A stretch of 50,373 nt of DNA from Candidatus Ornithospirochaeta sp. (GCA_045606405.1 JAZURW010000126.1:1-50373); one strand, 5' to 3'. Positions 1-7,839 are shown, counted from the stretch's first letter. Notes: generated by a model not told the origin, from the sequence alone. Numbers and translations are program-made.

Positions 1-96
1 TACGCACCACTGACCAATAGGTCTGTTTTCCTCTGGTAAGCGAATATCGGGAATATAGTAATCACCGCAACGTATATAATTCAGTTCCTGCATCAT
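1..96 (-). CDS. TnpV-like transposon-associated protein; only the N-terminal 32 codons are present and the gene runs off the left edge
   Basis: Manual minus-strand translation from the ATG at 96 gives MMQELNYIRCGDYYIPDIRLPEENRPIGQWCV. From memory this matches the conserved TnpV N-terminus (L.Y...GDYyiPdl.LPEE..PIG.W) found on Firmicutes Tn4451-type/conjugative elements. GAGGTG lies just upstream. Confidence 0.45.
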   Translation of the reverse strand, partial: MMQELNYIRCGDYYIPDIRLPEENRPIGQWCV

Positions 97-125
97 ATGC
101 ACCTCAACAAAAGCGTTTTTACAGG

Positions 126-163
126 TAAAGAAGGACTGCCGCATTTCTATTTTGCGACAGTCC
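126..163 (-). terminator. Putative intrinsic terminator downstream of the RpiR-family gene
   Basis: Stem GGACTGCCGC (133-142) / GCGACAGTCC (154-163) with one mismatch, followed on the minus strand by TTCTTTA. It lies 30 nt after the stop at 194. Confidence 0.4.
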
Positions 164-193
164 CTTCATGCAATATCATATCAGGAGATTTAG

Positions 194-970
194 CTATTTT
201 GCCAAAAGGATGGAGAGCTCCTCGAAGAGCATCATAGTGCTCAATCTTGCCAGAATCAGCTTATCATCATCGAGTATCCTCTCTGAGAAAGGAATAAGGA
301 GATTGTCGGCATTCACAGACATCCAGCTCTTGCTGTCAAAAGTCAGAACTGAGACTGGAACACTCTCATCTTTGGCCTTCTTGATGTACCAGCTGATTGG
401 ATTGTTATCCTCTAGATGCGATACTATGAAAAGCATGCCCTCAACCTTTCTTGGCTCGCTTATGAACTCAGGAATCGATAGCTGCTCAAGCTCAACTCCC
501 ATGCACTCAAGCTTCGATACAAAGCAATCACTGACTAAGCTTGCATCAGAATATATCAATGTGACCTTGTCTATAGCCTGAAGCTCTGAGGCAATCTTCA
601 TCAGACTGGCCAGATTCTCCTCTGTGAGAGTCTTATCAACCGCCTTGCATATTCCTGCCTGAAGCGTCTGGTTGATCTGCTGGGGATCGCTATCCTTCGA
701 TATCTTCTTGATCTTCTCTGGATAGGCACTCTTGCCTGCCTCGTAGTAGATCTTGAAATCCTTCAACCCTTTGAACCCAAGCGCCTTGCAGAATCTTACA
801 ACTGTCGCCTTGCTGACATCCGCAGCCTTCGCAATATCAGCAATATCCATTCCTTGTATTCTATCTTCATGCCGGAGCAAATAATTGGCTACTTTTCTTT
901 CCAGTATGCTTAGGTCTCCAAGATGCGCTGGCAACATCTCTGCAAGCCTTGACTCTTCCTTTATTCCCAT
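194..970 (-). CDS. MurR/RpiR-family transcriptional regulator (HTH_6 plus SIS-like domain)
   Basis: N-terminal HTH: LSILERKVANYLLRHEDRIQGMDIADIAKAADVSKATVVRFCKALGFKGLKDFK. The C-terminal half is the size of a SIS domain. AAGGA lies 6 nt upstream of the ATG. Confidence 0.88.
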   Translation of the reverse strand: MGIKEESRLAEMLPAHLGDLSILERKVANYLLRHEDRIQGMDIADIAKAADVSKATVVRFCKALGFKGLKDFKIYYEAGKSAYPEKIKKISKDSDPQQINQTLQAGICKAVDKTLTEENLASLMKIASELQAIDKVTLIYSDASLVSDCFVSKLECMGVELEQLSIPEFISEPRKVEGMLFIVSHLEDNNPISWYIKKAKDESVPVSVLTFDSKSWMSVNADNLLIPFSERILDDDKLILARLSTMMLFEELSILLAK

Positions 971-1093
971 ACGCTGTCCTTTTTTTTATTCAAAACAACT
1001 TTGTCTATTGTTTTGTGAGTCCTAAGAATAGTTTAAGTCTTAATTCTTATTCAATTCAAGTAAATTTTGTATAATAACTTTTCTAATGTACAC

Positions 1094-1123
1094 AATATAC
1101 CTGTATTTTGACTATTTTCTCAA
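1094..1123 (-). promoter_or_regulatory. Candidate sigma70-type promoter for the RpiR-family gene
   Basis: Minus strand reads TTGAGA-18 nt-TATATT within the AT-rich 330-nt gap upstream of the gene. Identified by eye only. Confidence 0.3.
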
Positions 1124-1231
1124 GAAACACTCTCACTCCAAACAACATAGTTCTTTTGCTTGAGGACAAAGCCTTCCGAATCTGATGAGGGCCTTAGGAA
1201 AGGCAGAACTGCAGCAATCATGCCCATAAAA

Positions 1232-1267
1232 GCAAAAATAAAACGGCGTCATCGATTGAAAACGCCG
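1232..1267 (-). terminator. Rho-independent terminator ending the hydrolase/YihY/orphan operon
   Basis: Stem CGGCG(T) 1244-1249 / (A)CGCCG 1262-1267 with an inner TCA/TGA extension. On the minus strand it is followed by TTTTATTTTTGCT. It lies 35 nt after the stop at 1301. Confidence 0.6.
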
Positions 1268-1300
1268 CTTTCTCATGATCAAAAAGACTTGGACTTTCCT

Positions 1301-1756
1301 TCACTCAACCAGGATAGCATCCTCAATGGAGTCAAAGCTATCGTAAACCGCCTCCAGAAAATAGCTTAGGATATCATCCTCCGCTCTTGAGCCATTGTAG
1401 ATGCCTATATCCTCACGCCGCTCATCTCCATACATTACAATATGCTCAGGACCGAAGAAGGATTTTGTCATGTAATCCTGTTGCAGCTCCTTCACTGATA
1501 CTCCTAGCATTGAAGAGAGCACTCTAAGGTCCTCCTTCTCAAGAGAGATGACAAAGATGCACTCCCCTTCCTGCTCAACTGTCATCGCATAGGAGATCGA
1601 TACAACGCTTTGCATATTCTCAGGCACGCCATTTCTGATGAAGCTCAAATCCATCCCCTCCAGCTTATAGCGCTTTATGACGCCTTTCTTTACAGATGGG
1701 ATGTTTGGGAACCTGAATGGGTCAAGCTCCTCTGCTAGGATTCTATTGATTATCAT
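1301..1756 (-). CDS. Hypothetical acidic 151-aa protein with no family I can recognise
   Basis: Its start overlaps the upstream stop as ATGA (1753-1756). GGAGAG lies 5 nt upstream and a terminator follows. There are no motifs I can assign. Confidence 0.6.
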   Translation of the reverse strand: MIINRILAEELDPFRFPNIPSVKKGVIKRYKLEGMDLSFIRNGVPENMQSVVSISYAMTVEQEGECIFVISLEKEDLRVLSSMLGVSVKELQQDYMTKSFFGPEHIVMYGDERREDIGIYNGSRAEDDILSYFLEAVYDSFDSIEDAILVE

Positions 1757-3012
1757 ATTCTCTCCAATAAATTCTCAACTGTCAGTGATGAGAAGCCCTT
1801 CTCACCATTATGGTAAAGCTCTGCCGATACGGCCTCTCCAATATTCTCGATCATAGCTGATGAGTCGGACTCTATTCCATAAAGGACGCGGACAAGGTCC
1901 TTCACAAGGATTGACTCCAGAGGTCTGGAAGGCACAAAGGAAGTGTATTGGCTATTTGTTGCGATAACAAAGCCAGAGGCATCCAACTCTCGAACAAACT
2001 CGCTTATCCTTGAGTACGGAATCGCGAGAGACTTAGACATCTCCCTGATGTTCGATGGCCCCTTTCCCTCCTTATATCTTTTCGCGATGTACAAAAAGAG
2101 ATTCATAGCCTCTTCTATCTTCTTGCGAGGGGACTGCGCAAGGCCCACCAATGTGTTCTTGTCAGGTCTGAACTGATGCACGTATGTGACCTCTGAGACC
2201 AAGATTATTATGTACCAGAAGTAGTAGAGATACAAAAGCACAATGAACACAGATGCGATGGTTCCATAGATAGTCCAATAGCTCACCATCTTAGATACCA
2301 GGGAGTTGAACACAAGGTTGAGTATGGAAATGAAGAAAAGGCCTGTGAAGGCACCTACTGCTGCGCTTCCCTTTCTGACCTTGATGCTTGGAACAGCAAT
2401 AAGGAAAAGGAAGAGTGTAAACCAAATAAGCGCAAAAGACCCGATCTTCCTCAATATCTGTGTTATCGAGAGCGATATCTCTATGTTGTTCATATATGCC
2501 TCAATCCTCGATAGCAATGTGCTTGATAGGCCAAAGGCCAAGGAGATGAGGAACGAGAAGACAACCAGGAAGATGAAGAAGGTGCCATATCGCTTGAATG
2601 ATACCGATGGAACTCTTGTCTTGAATATCTGATTGATCACATTGTAAATCTTGCTTACAAGCAATATTCCTGTGAAAAGGAACGACACAAGACCAATCAC
2701 GCCAAGACTCATGGCATTCGATGAGTAGTTACTTACCTCAGATATCAAGGCATTCGCTGTATCGTAACCGAAGGTGCTTGAAAGCCACTGCAAAAGGACA
2801 TCCAAGAATATCTGCAAAGCTCCAAAGGAGGTCAGAAAGGAGAAGAGGAAGGTAAGACAGGGCACAAGCGCGATGAGAGTCGAGTAAACAAGACCTGATG
2901 AGAGTATGGTTATATTCTGGCATGAAAGTCCCTTGGACACACTCTTGAGGACACTAAAGTAATCCACCCACCAAAAAAGGATTTTCTTGCCTATGGTGTT
3001 ATTCTTGCTCAC
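1753..3012 (-). CDS. YihY/BrkB-family integral membrane protein with a C-terminal Rrf2-like winged-helix extension
   Basis: N-terminal YihY signature: ILSSGLVYSTLIALVPCLTFLFSF, followed by about 6 hydrophobic segments. C-terminal residues ~295-419 read AMNLFLYIAKRYKEGKGPSNIREMSKSLAIPYSRISEFVRELDASGFVIA...SRPLESILVKDLVRVLYG. The only plausible start is GTG at 3012, which overlaps the upstream gene by 14 nt. Confidence 0.8.
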   Translation of the reverse strand: MSKNNTIGKKILFWWVDYFSVLKSVSKGLSCQNITILSSGLVYSTLIALVPCLTFLFSFLTSFGALQIFLDVLLQWLSSTFGYDTANALISEVSNYSSNAMSLGVIGLVSFLFTGILLVSKIYNVINQIFKTRVPSVSFKRYGTFFIFLVVFSFLISLAFGLSSTLLSRIEAYMNNIEISLSITQILRKIGSFALIWFTLFLFLIAVPSIKVRKGSAAVGAFTGLFFISILNLVFNSLVSKMVSYWTIYGTIASVFIVLLYLYYFWYIIILVSEVTYVHQFRPDKNTLVGLAQSPRKKIEEAMNLFLYIAKRYKEGKGPSNIREMSKSLAIPYSRISEFVRELDASGFVIATNSQYTSFVPSRPLESILVKDLVRVLYGIESDSSAMIENIGEAVSAELYHNGEKGFSSLTVENLLERI

Positions 3013-3919
3013 TGATGAATTCCTTATAGAAATCTGCGACCTCTCTCATGACGTCAAACCTCTCCTCATCATTCAAAAGCTCATGCCTCCCAAGCTTGAA
3101 CAGAGAGAGTCTCACATCACTCAGCCCCGCCTCCTTATACAGGGAATAGGAGCTTTCAACGCCTTTTGAGAAGTTGCCAACTGGATCGTCAGTGCCGGAG
3201 ACAAGGAGAATTGGAAGGTCCTTCCTTATTCTCTTTGCAAGAAGAGGGTCGTTTGCGACAATAGTCGCCCCAACAAGGTCCTTGTAGAAGCTTGATGTGC
3301 ATGTGAAGCCGCAAAGAGGATCAGAGATGTACTTCTCGACCTCTGACCTATCCTTGCTAAGCCATGCAAATGGGCCCTCATCCTTGAATTTGGAGTTATA
3401 GCTTCCGAATATGATGGCATTAAGCATTTGGTCTCTATGCTTTGCCCCAAACAAGGCTTGCTTAAAGCTTGCAAGGGCTTTTCCAATTGAGCCTAGCGCC
3501 CCCTGACTCCCTCCAGTTCCAGAGATGACGACCGCATCATAGAGCTCGCTGTATTTCGTGATATTCGTGCGAACCATAAAAGAGCCCATGGAGTGGCCAA
3601 ATAGAAAATGAGGGATTCCTTCATGCTCCTTATTGATGATCAAATCGAGCTCGTGGGCATCCTCTGATGCATGCTCCCATCCTTTTTTGTCATTGAAGTA
3701 GCCTTTCACTCCATCTGAGATGCTCTTGCCATGTCCCATGTGATCATGGCAGAAGACCGCAAAGCCCTCTTTATTCATAGTCAGGGCAAACTGCTCATAC
3801 CTTGCGCTATGCTCTGCCATTCCATGGTAGATGTGAATTGTTGCTTTTGCATCATCCACACCCCACACTCTGTAAAAGATCGACTTTCCAAGTCCATTTG
3901 TGAAATATCTCTCTTCCAT
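2999..3919 (-). CDS. Alpha/beta hydrolase, lysophospholipase/monoacylglycerol-lipase-like
   Basis: HGMAEHSARY...GHGKS, a GHSMGS nucleophile elbow, and later SGTDDPVG and GRHELLN (a Ser-Asp-His triad pattern). AAGAGG lies 5 nt upstream of the ATG. Confidence 0.85.
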   Translation of the reverse strand: MEERYFTNGLGKSIFYRVWGVDDAKATIHIYHGMAEHSARYEQFALTMNKEGFAVFCHDHMGHGKSISDGVKGYFNDKKGWEHASEDAHELDLIINKEHEGIPHFLFGHSMGSFMVRTNITKYSELYDAVVISGTGGSQGALGSIGKALASFKQALFGAKHRDQMLNAIIFGSYNSKFKDEGPFAWLSKDRSEVEKYISDPLCGFTCTSSFYKDLVGATIVANDPLLAKRIRKDLPILLVSGTDDPVGNFSKGVESSYSLYKEAGLSDVRLSLFKLGRHELLNDEERFDVMREVADFYKEFISEQE

Positions 3920-3962
3920 ATATGCCTCTTATTTAGAATGATAACACAAAAGCCAATTTGTA

Positions 3963-3996
3963 CGAATAAAATGGCAAAATGACTCACTGTTTTGCC
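3963..3996 (-). terminator. Rho-independent terminator after the AOR-family gene
   Basis: Stem GGCAAAA (3973-3979) / TTTTGCC (3990-3996). The minus strand continues ATTTTATTCG. It lies 28 nt after the stop at 4024. Confidence 0.55.
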
Positions 3997-4023
3997 TAAT
4001 AGCTCTATTCAGCATTGAAGGGA

Positions 4024-5667
4024 TCATTCATCGCCAGCGATATCTGCGGAGACTGGCTTATCTTTCTTCTCGTTGATGGCATTCACAAGAATCTCTGCCT
4101 TTATCTTCTCGGAATTGAAATACTCCCTTAGTCTTCTCATCGGAACTGTCCTATTGTCCAAGGCGCTTGTCGGCTCGCTCTCGAAATAGGAAGGGATGGA
4201 GGATACCTCAAAGCCAAGCTCATTGAAAAGCCCCAGACCCTTTGGCAATAGGTCCTTCAGATTATGGCCATATAAGGAGAACCTTCTGCAATAAAAGCGC
4301 ATCAAAGGTGGTAGATGGAACGCAAGCTCTGGAAGCTTGCTCCAATATAAAGCAACAGCAGAAAATGGCCTATATCCATACTCTAATAGCGAAAGGATGT
4401 ATACAAGCTCGTAGAATGCGAGAATAGCGGCGCACTCAGGATTCATTGGGTGCTTAGGCAGCACTGCTCCAGCGGGAAGGAATATGGAGAGGGACATTGA
4501 AGATGCGATCGCAGCCTCGAAGTTGCCTCTTAAATCCACTCCTATTGCTTCGCCATAGGTGCTTTGAATTGCATTAGGGAAGGCCTTCAGGCCATTCTGG
4601 AAGAGAGCTCCAGCACCTCTATTGCTTCCTATTAACGCAATGAGCCTCAGGTATTCATCCAAAGAAAGATCCCTGATTCCGAGCATATCACGCTCTTTGT
4701 CATCAAGTGTTGTGCAATATGCAAGAAGAGCTCCGAGATGTGTGCTATCGAGGCCCTCTTCAAAAGCTGCCTGCGAAAGCCTTTCTACGCTGCTTGGAGA
4801 GAATATGCCTAAATTAGCACCGAACATCATCGCCTCCTGCCAGGTAGGAAGGACCTTGTTATCCTTCTTTCTCCTGCCACATGCCATGAAGCAATCCTGG
4901 CAGGAATCAGGATAGTTGCCGTATATCTCGCAAAAGCTCTTTGCCGATAGATGGAGCGCCCGAGGGTCAAATCGATCGTGATAGTACCTGACAGGAAGCC
5001 AGCCCAATCGAAGCGCATCCTCGATAAAGCAGCAAGCTCCTTGCTTCCTTATCCTTCTTGCAAAGGAGGCTTTCTCAACCCTTCTTGACCATTTTGATGC
5101 ATCATCGACTTTATCGACCTTTGCAAAGCCCTGAGCGATTATTCCCTTAATGCCCTTTTCATGGAAGACATATCCCAAGCCTGCGCCAGGGATGCTCTTG
5201 CCTTGGAATTGCACGCTTGAGAAGACAACCCCATTATCTGCGGCCCTGGATGTTGATAGTGCAGAGTCGAGAGGATTCCTTAAGAGCATCTCAAACTCAG
5301 AGGAAGATGCAAAGCGCAAGGCCTCAGAGGACAGAATCTCATATTGCCCTTGATAAAGCGATATATAGCTCAGCCTATGCGTCTTTCCCTTCACAGCCAG
5401 GGCAGATATCCCCAGCTTATAGAGGCTATACCCCATTGGTAGATTCGAATAAGAGAAGGCTATTCTCTCTGTTATCGGAGATTTGTATACAATGGAGAAT
5501 GATGCAGAGCCGGCGTTCTCTATAGCTTCCTGGGAAGGAGAGGAGATGACAAAGACATCCCCCCTCTCTCTATTATATATCTCTATTGCCAAGGAAAGCC
5601 CTCTTAGGCCACCATCATGGCGTAAGCTTATGCTCTCAGCAGTAAGATCTATCTCCAAGTACTCCAT
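4024..5667 (-). CDS. Divergent member of the aldehyde:ferredoxin oxidoreductase (AOR) family
   Basis: Collinear with my memory of Pyrococcus AOR: LEIDLTAESI.., FSIVYKSPIT, GYSLYKLGISALAVKGK, GAGLGYVFHEKGIKGIIAQG, CQDCFMAC (CxxCxxxC), and MFGANLGI...EEGLDSTHLG. The ORF track starts at a TTG (5718). I prefer the ATG at 5667 (MEYLEIDL), though neither has a clear RBS. Confidence 0.65.
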   Translation of the reverse strand: MEYLEIDLTAESISLRHDGGLRGLSLAIEIYNRERGDVFVISSPSQEAIENAGSASFSIVYKSPITERIAFSYSNLPMGYSLYKLGISALAVKGKTHRLSYISLYQGQYEILSSEALRFASSSEFEMLLRNPLDSALSTSRAADNGVVFSSVQFQGKSIPGAGLGYVFHEKGIKGIIAQGFAKVDKVDDASKWSRRVEKASFARRIRKQGACCFIEDALRLGWLPVRYYHDRFDPRALHLSAKSFCEIYGNYPDSCQDCFMACGRRKKDNKVLPTWQEAMMFGANLGIFSPSSVERLSQAAFEEGLDSTHLGALLAYCTTLDDKERDMLGIRDLSLDEYLRLIALIGSNRGAGALFQNGLKAFPNAIQSTYGEAIGVDLRGNFEAAIASSMSLSIFLPAGAVLPKHPMNPECAAILAFYELVYILSLLEYGYRPFSAVALYWSKLPELAFHLPPLMRFYCRRFSLYGHNLKDLLPKGLGLFNELGFEVSSIPSYFESEPTSALDNRTVPMRRLREYFNSEKIKAEILVNAINEKKDKPVSADIAGDE

Positions 5668-5836
5668 AAGGATAAGTATATTATAAAAAAGCGAATTAGA
5701 ATACTTGTCAGCAATCAAAGATGGATCAAGCCCTCAGCTATCGTCTTTGGATCTCTTAAATGAGCAGAACCTGCTACATCTGGCCTTGATATCCAAAAGC
5801 TGATGCAACTGCATTTTCCTTTCTTTATCCCGAAGA

Positions 5837-7519
5837 TTGGATTATCATTTAAAAATGGAAAAGAACACTATCATCTTCAATGGTACCCCTGTAGATACCT
5901 ACACATCAGTCAAGGAGAATGCGATCATATCGCTTCTCGTGAAGGAAAGAAAGCTGAAATACAAGGACAACCCTCCTGTTGCCGCGATAGTCAATGGAGA
6001 GCTGAGGTCCTTGATGGATGACATCCCGCAAAATGCCCATATAGAAACAGTGAAGCTGTTCTCTTCCCTTGGAAGAAGGGTCTATAGGAAGACGCTGTGC
6101 TTCCTCTTATGCTATGCATCCTCTGTGCTCTTCCCAGAGAGATCGCTTGTCATTGGCCACAGCCTAGGCGATGGCTACTACTTCAGCTACAGAAACAAGG
6201 AAAAGCCAGATGTGGAGAGATTGAAGAAGGTCATGAAGGATGCAATACAGAATGACATGGGCATCAATATCGTGACTTTGACATCTGATGCCGCCCTGCA
6301 TTATGCGAGAAGCAGGAATCTATCAGAGACAGAAAAGCTTCTATCGTCCAGAAATGATGGCTCTTATAGATTCTCCAAGCTCGGCTCTTGCATGGAGATG
6401 TACTATGAGCCAATGCTTCCTTCCACAAAATATCTTGAGATATGGGACCTAATCGAATACCAAGATGGACTGCTTTTGAGATATCCTCAATCACGCAATG
6501 ACTTCTCGCTCATGCCTTATGTTGACCATCCTCTGCTCTTCTCTGTCTTCAAGCAGAACAAGAAGCTTGCAAGCAAGATAGACCTTCAAAGCCTAGGAGC
6601 CCTGAATGAGAAGCAGACACAAGGGCATATTGAGGAGATAATCATGTTCTCTGAGACAATGCAAAGAAGAAGGTTCGCAGAGGTTGGAAAGATGATTCTT
6701 GACAGGGAGAAGGTCAAGATCGTATTCATCGCAGGTCCTTCATCCTCTGGAAAGACCACCTCCTCATTGAAGGTATGCAATGAGTTGAAGCTCAATGGCT
6801 ACTCTCCTTTGAAGATATCCATGGATGACTACTACCTTCCATCGGAAGAGGTTCCAGTTGATGAAAACGGAGAGAAGAACTTCGAGGTTATGGAAGCACT
6901 GAATCTCGCGCTCTTCAGAGATCAGATCAACTCCCTTCTCAATGGAGAGGAGGTCCATCTCTCCTCCTTCAGCATCAAGGAGCAGCGTCATCACTTCAGA
7001 AGAGAGGGCGTTAAGATGACAGATAAAACGATTCTTGTGATTGAAGGGATACATGGACTAAATCCTGATCTGTTGCCAAGCATTGACCCAGAGTCATGCT
7101 TCAGGATATACATCTCAGCGCTTACACAGCTGAACCTCGACTCAAGGTCCAGAATATCGACAACAGACAATAGGATTCTCAGGAGGCTCGTCAGAGACCA
7201 TAGGACAAGAGGCATCTCAGCTGTTGAGACTCTCTCAAGATGGCCATCTGTTGAGAATGGGGAGAAGAACTACATCTTCCCTTACCAGGATTATGCGGAT
7301 GTCATGATCAACAGTGCTCTTGAATATGAGATTGGAGTTCTATCAACATATGCAACTCCGCTTCTAAGATCCGTCAGAAAGGAAGATGGACCTGCATACA
7401 CGACAGCAAGAAGACTCCTGAGCTTCTTGAAGCTTGTTTATCCGATTCCATCTGAAAGTGTTCCCAACGACTCTCTTCTTAGGGAGTTCATCGGAGGATC
7501 TGTATACGAGGTCTATTAA
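5837..7519 (+). CDS. Long uridine/cytidine-kinase-family (PRK-like) P-loop kinase with a ~290-aa N-terminal domain
   Basis: P-loop IAGPSSSGKTT, VIEGIHGLNP, and RILRRLVRDHRTRG...YADVMINS resemble Udk. The listed start is a TTG; the ATG at 5855 (MEKNTIIF) is a plausible alternative. Confidence 0.8.
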   Translation: MDYHLKMEKNTIIFNGTPVDTYTSVKENAIISLLVKERKLKYKDNPPVAAIVNGELRSLMDDIPQNAHIETVKLFSSLGRRVYRKTLCFLLCYASSVLFPERSLVIGHSLGDGYYFSYRNKEKPDVERLKKVMKDAIQNDMGINIVTLTSDAALHYARSRNLSETEKLLSSRNDGSYRFSKLGSCMEMYYEPMLPSTKYLEIWDLIEYQDGLLLRYPQSRNDFSLMPYVDHPLLFSVFKQNKKLASKIDLQSLGALNEKQTQGHIEEIIMFSETMQRRRFAEVGKMILDREKVKIVFIAGPSSSGKTTSSLKVCNELKLNGYSPLKISMDDYYLPSEEVPVDENGEKNFEVMEALNLALFRDQINSLLNGEEVHLSSFSIKEQRHHFRREGVKMTDKTILVIEGIHGLNPDLLPSIDPESCFRIYISALTQLNLDSRSRISTTDNRILRRLVRDHRTRGISAVETLSRWPSVENGEKNYIFPYQDYADVMINSALEYEIGVLSTYATPLLRSVRKEDGPAYTTARRLLSFLKLVYPIPSESVPNDSLLREFIGGSVYEVY

Positions 7520-7839
7520 ATCAAAGCGGTATTGTCAATCACAGCCCCGCCATCTAAAAGGATGTCGGGGTTTTTATATGCCATCCTCATAAGGCGAGCT
7601 GCAGGACCAGAAGGGGTGTTCACACCACTCTCCCATGCCTCGACTGTCTTTGCTGATACGCCAAGCAGGTCAGCGAATAGCCCGACTGAAAGCTGGAGAT
7701 AGAGCCTAATCCTCTTCACTTCCCTTGCGCTCAGGCTCTCAACAGGAGATATTGAGATATATTTGTTTCTTTTAGTGATAACGCCCTTTTTCTTAGGATA
7801 AAGGGCGTCTTTCACTGCATCTTTATAGTAGCTTTGCAT
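7516..7839 (-). CDS. XRE-family HTH protein, YiaG/HigA/MqsA antitoxin-like
   Basis: VKRIRLYLQLSVGLFADLLGVSAKTVEAWESGVNTPSGPAARLMRMAYKNP. The ATG at 7839 shares its A with the nifU stop codon (TGATG). The TTG at 7842 listed in the ORF track is less likely. Confidence 0.8.
   Translation of the reverse strand: MQSYYKDAVKDALYPKKKGVITKRNKYISISPVESLSAREVKRIRLYLQLSVGLFADLLGVSAKTVEAWESGVNTPSGPAARLMRMAYKNPDILLDGGAVIDNTALI
7545..7576 (+). terminator. Intrinsic terminator for the plus-strand kinase gene, embedded in the 3' coding end of the convergent XRE gene
   Basis: Stem CCCCGCCA (7545-7552) / TGTCGGGG (7563-7570) with one mismatch, followed by TTTTTAT. It starts 26 nt after the stop at 7519. Confidence 0.5.

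Noticed and set aside
168-581. 137-aa plus-strand ORF
   Set aside because: It is entirely antisense to the well-supported RpiR gene and is Ser/Leu-rich, which is typical of a shadow ORF.
1182-1189. CTGATGAG (the hammerhead ribozyme core) followed by a GCCTT-AGGA-AAGGC hairpin and GAA, in the intergenic region near the mobile-element edge
   Set aside because: Two extra G residues lie before stem II and an extra A after it. The motif reads GAAC rather than GAAA, so the conserved A15.1 is missing. I can build no stem III hairpin (CTGCAG has no loop) and no stem I partner. An 8-mer match is expected by chance about once in 100 kb of two-strand sequence.
1160-1369. 69-aa plus-strand ORF in the RpiR upstream gap
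   Set aside because: It has no RBS and a basic low-complexity composition. It spans the minus-strand terminator and runs into the 3' end of the 151-aa gene.
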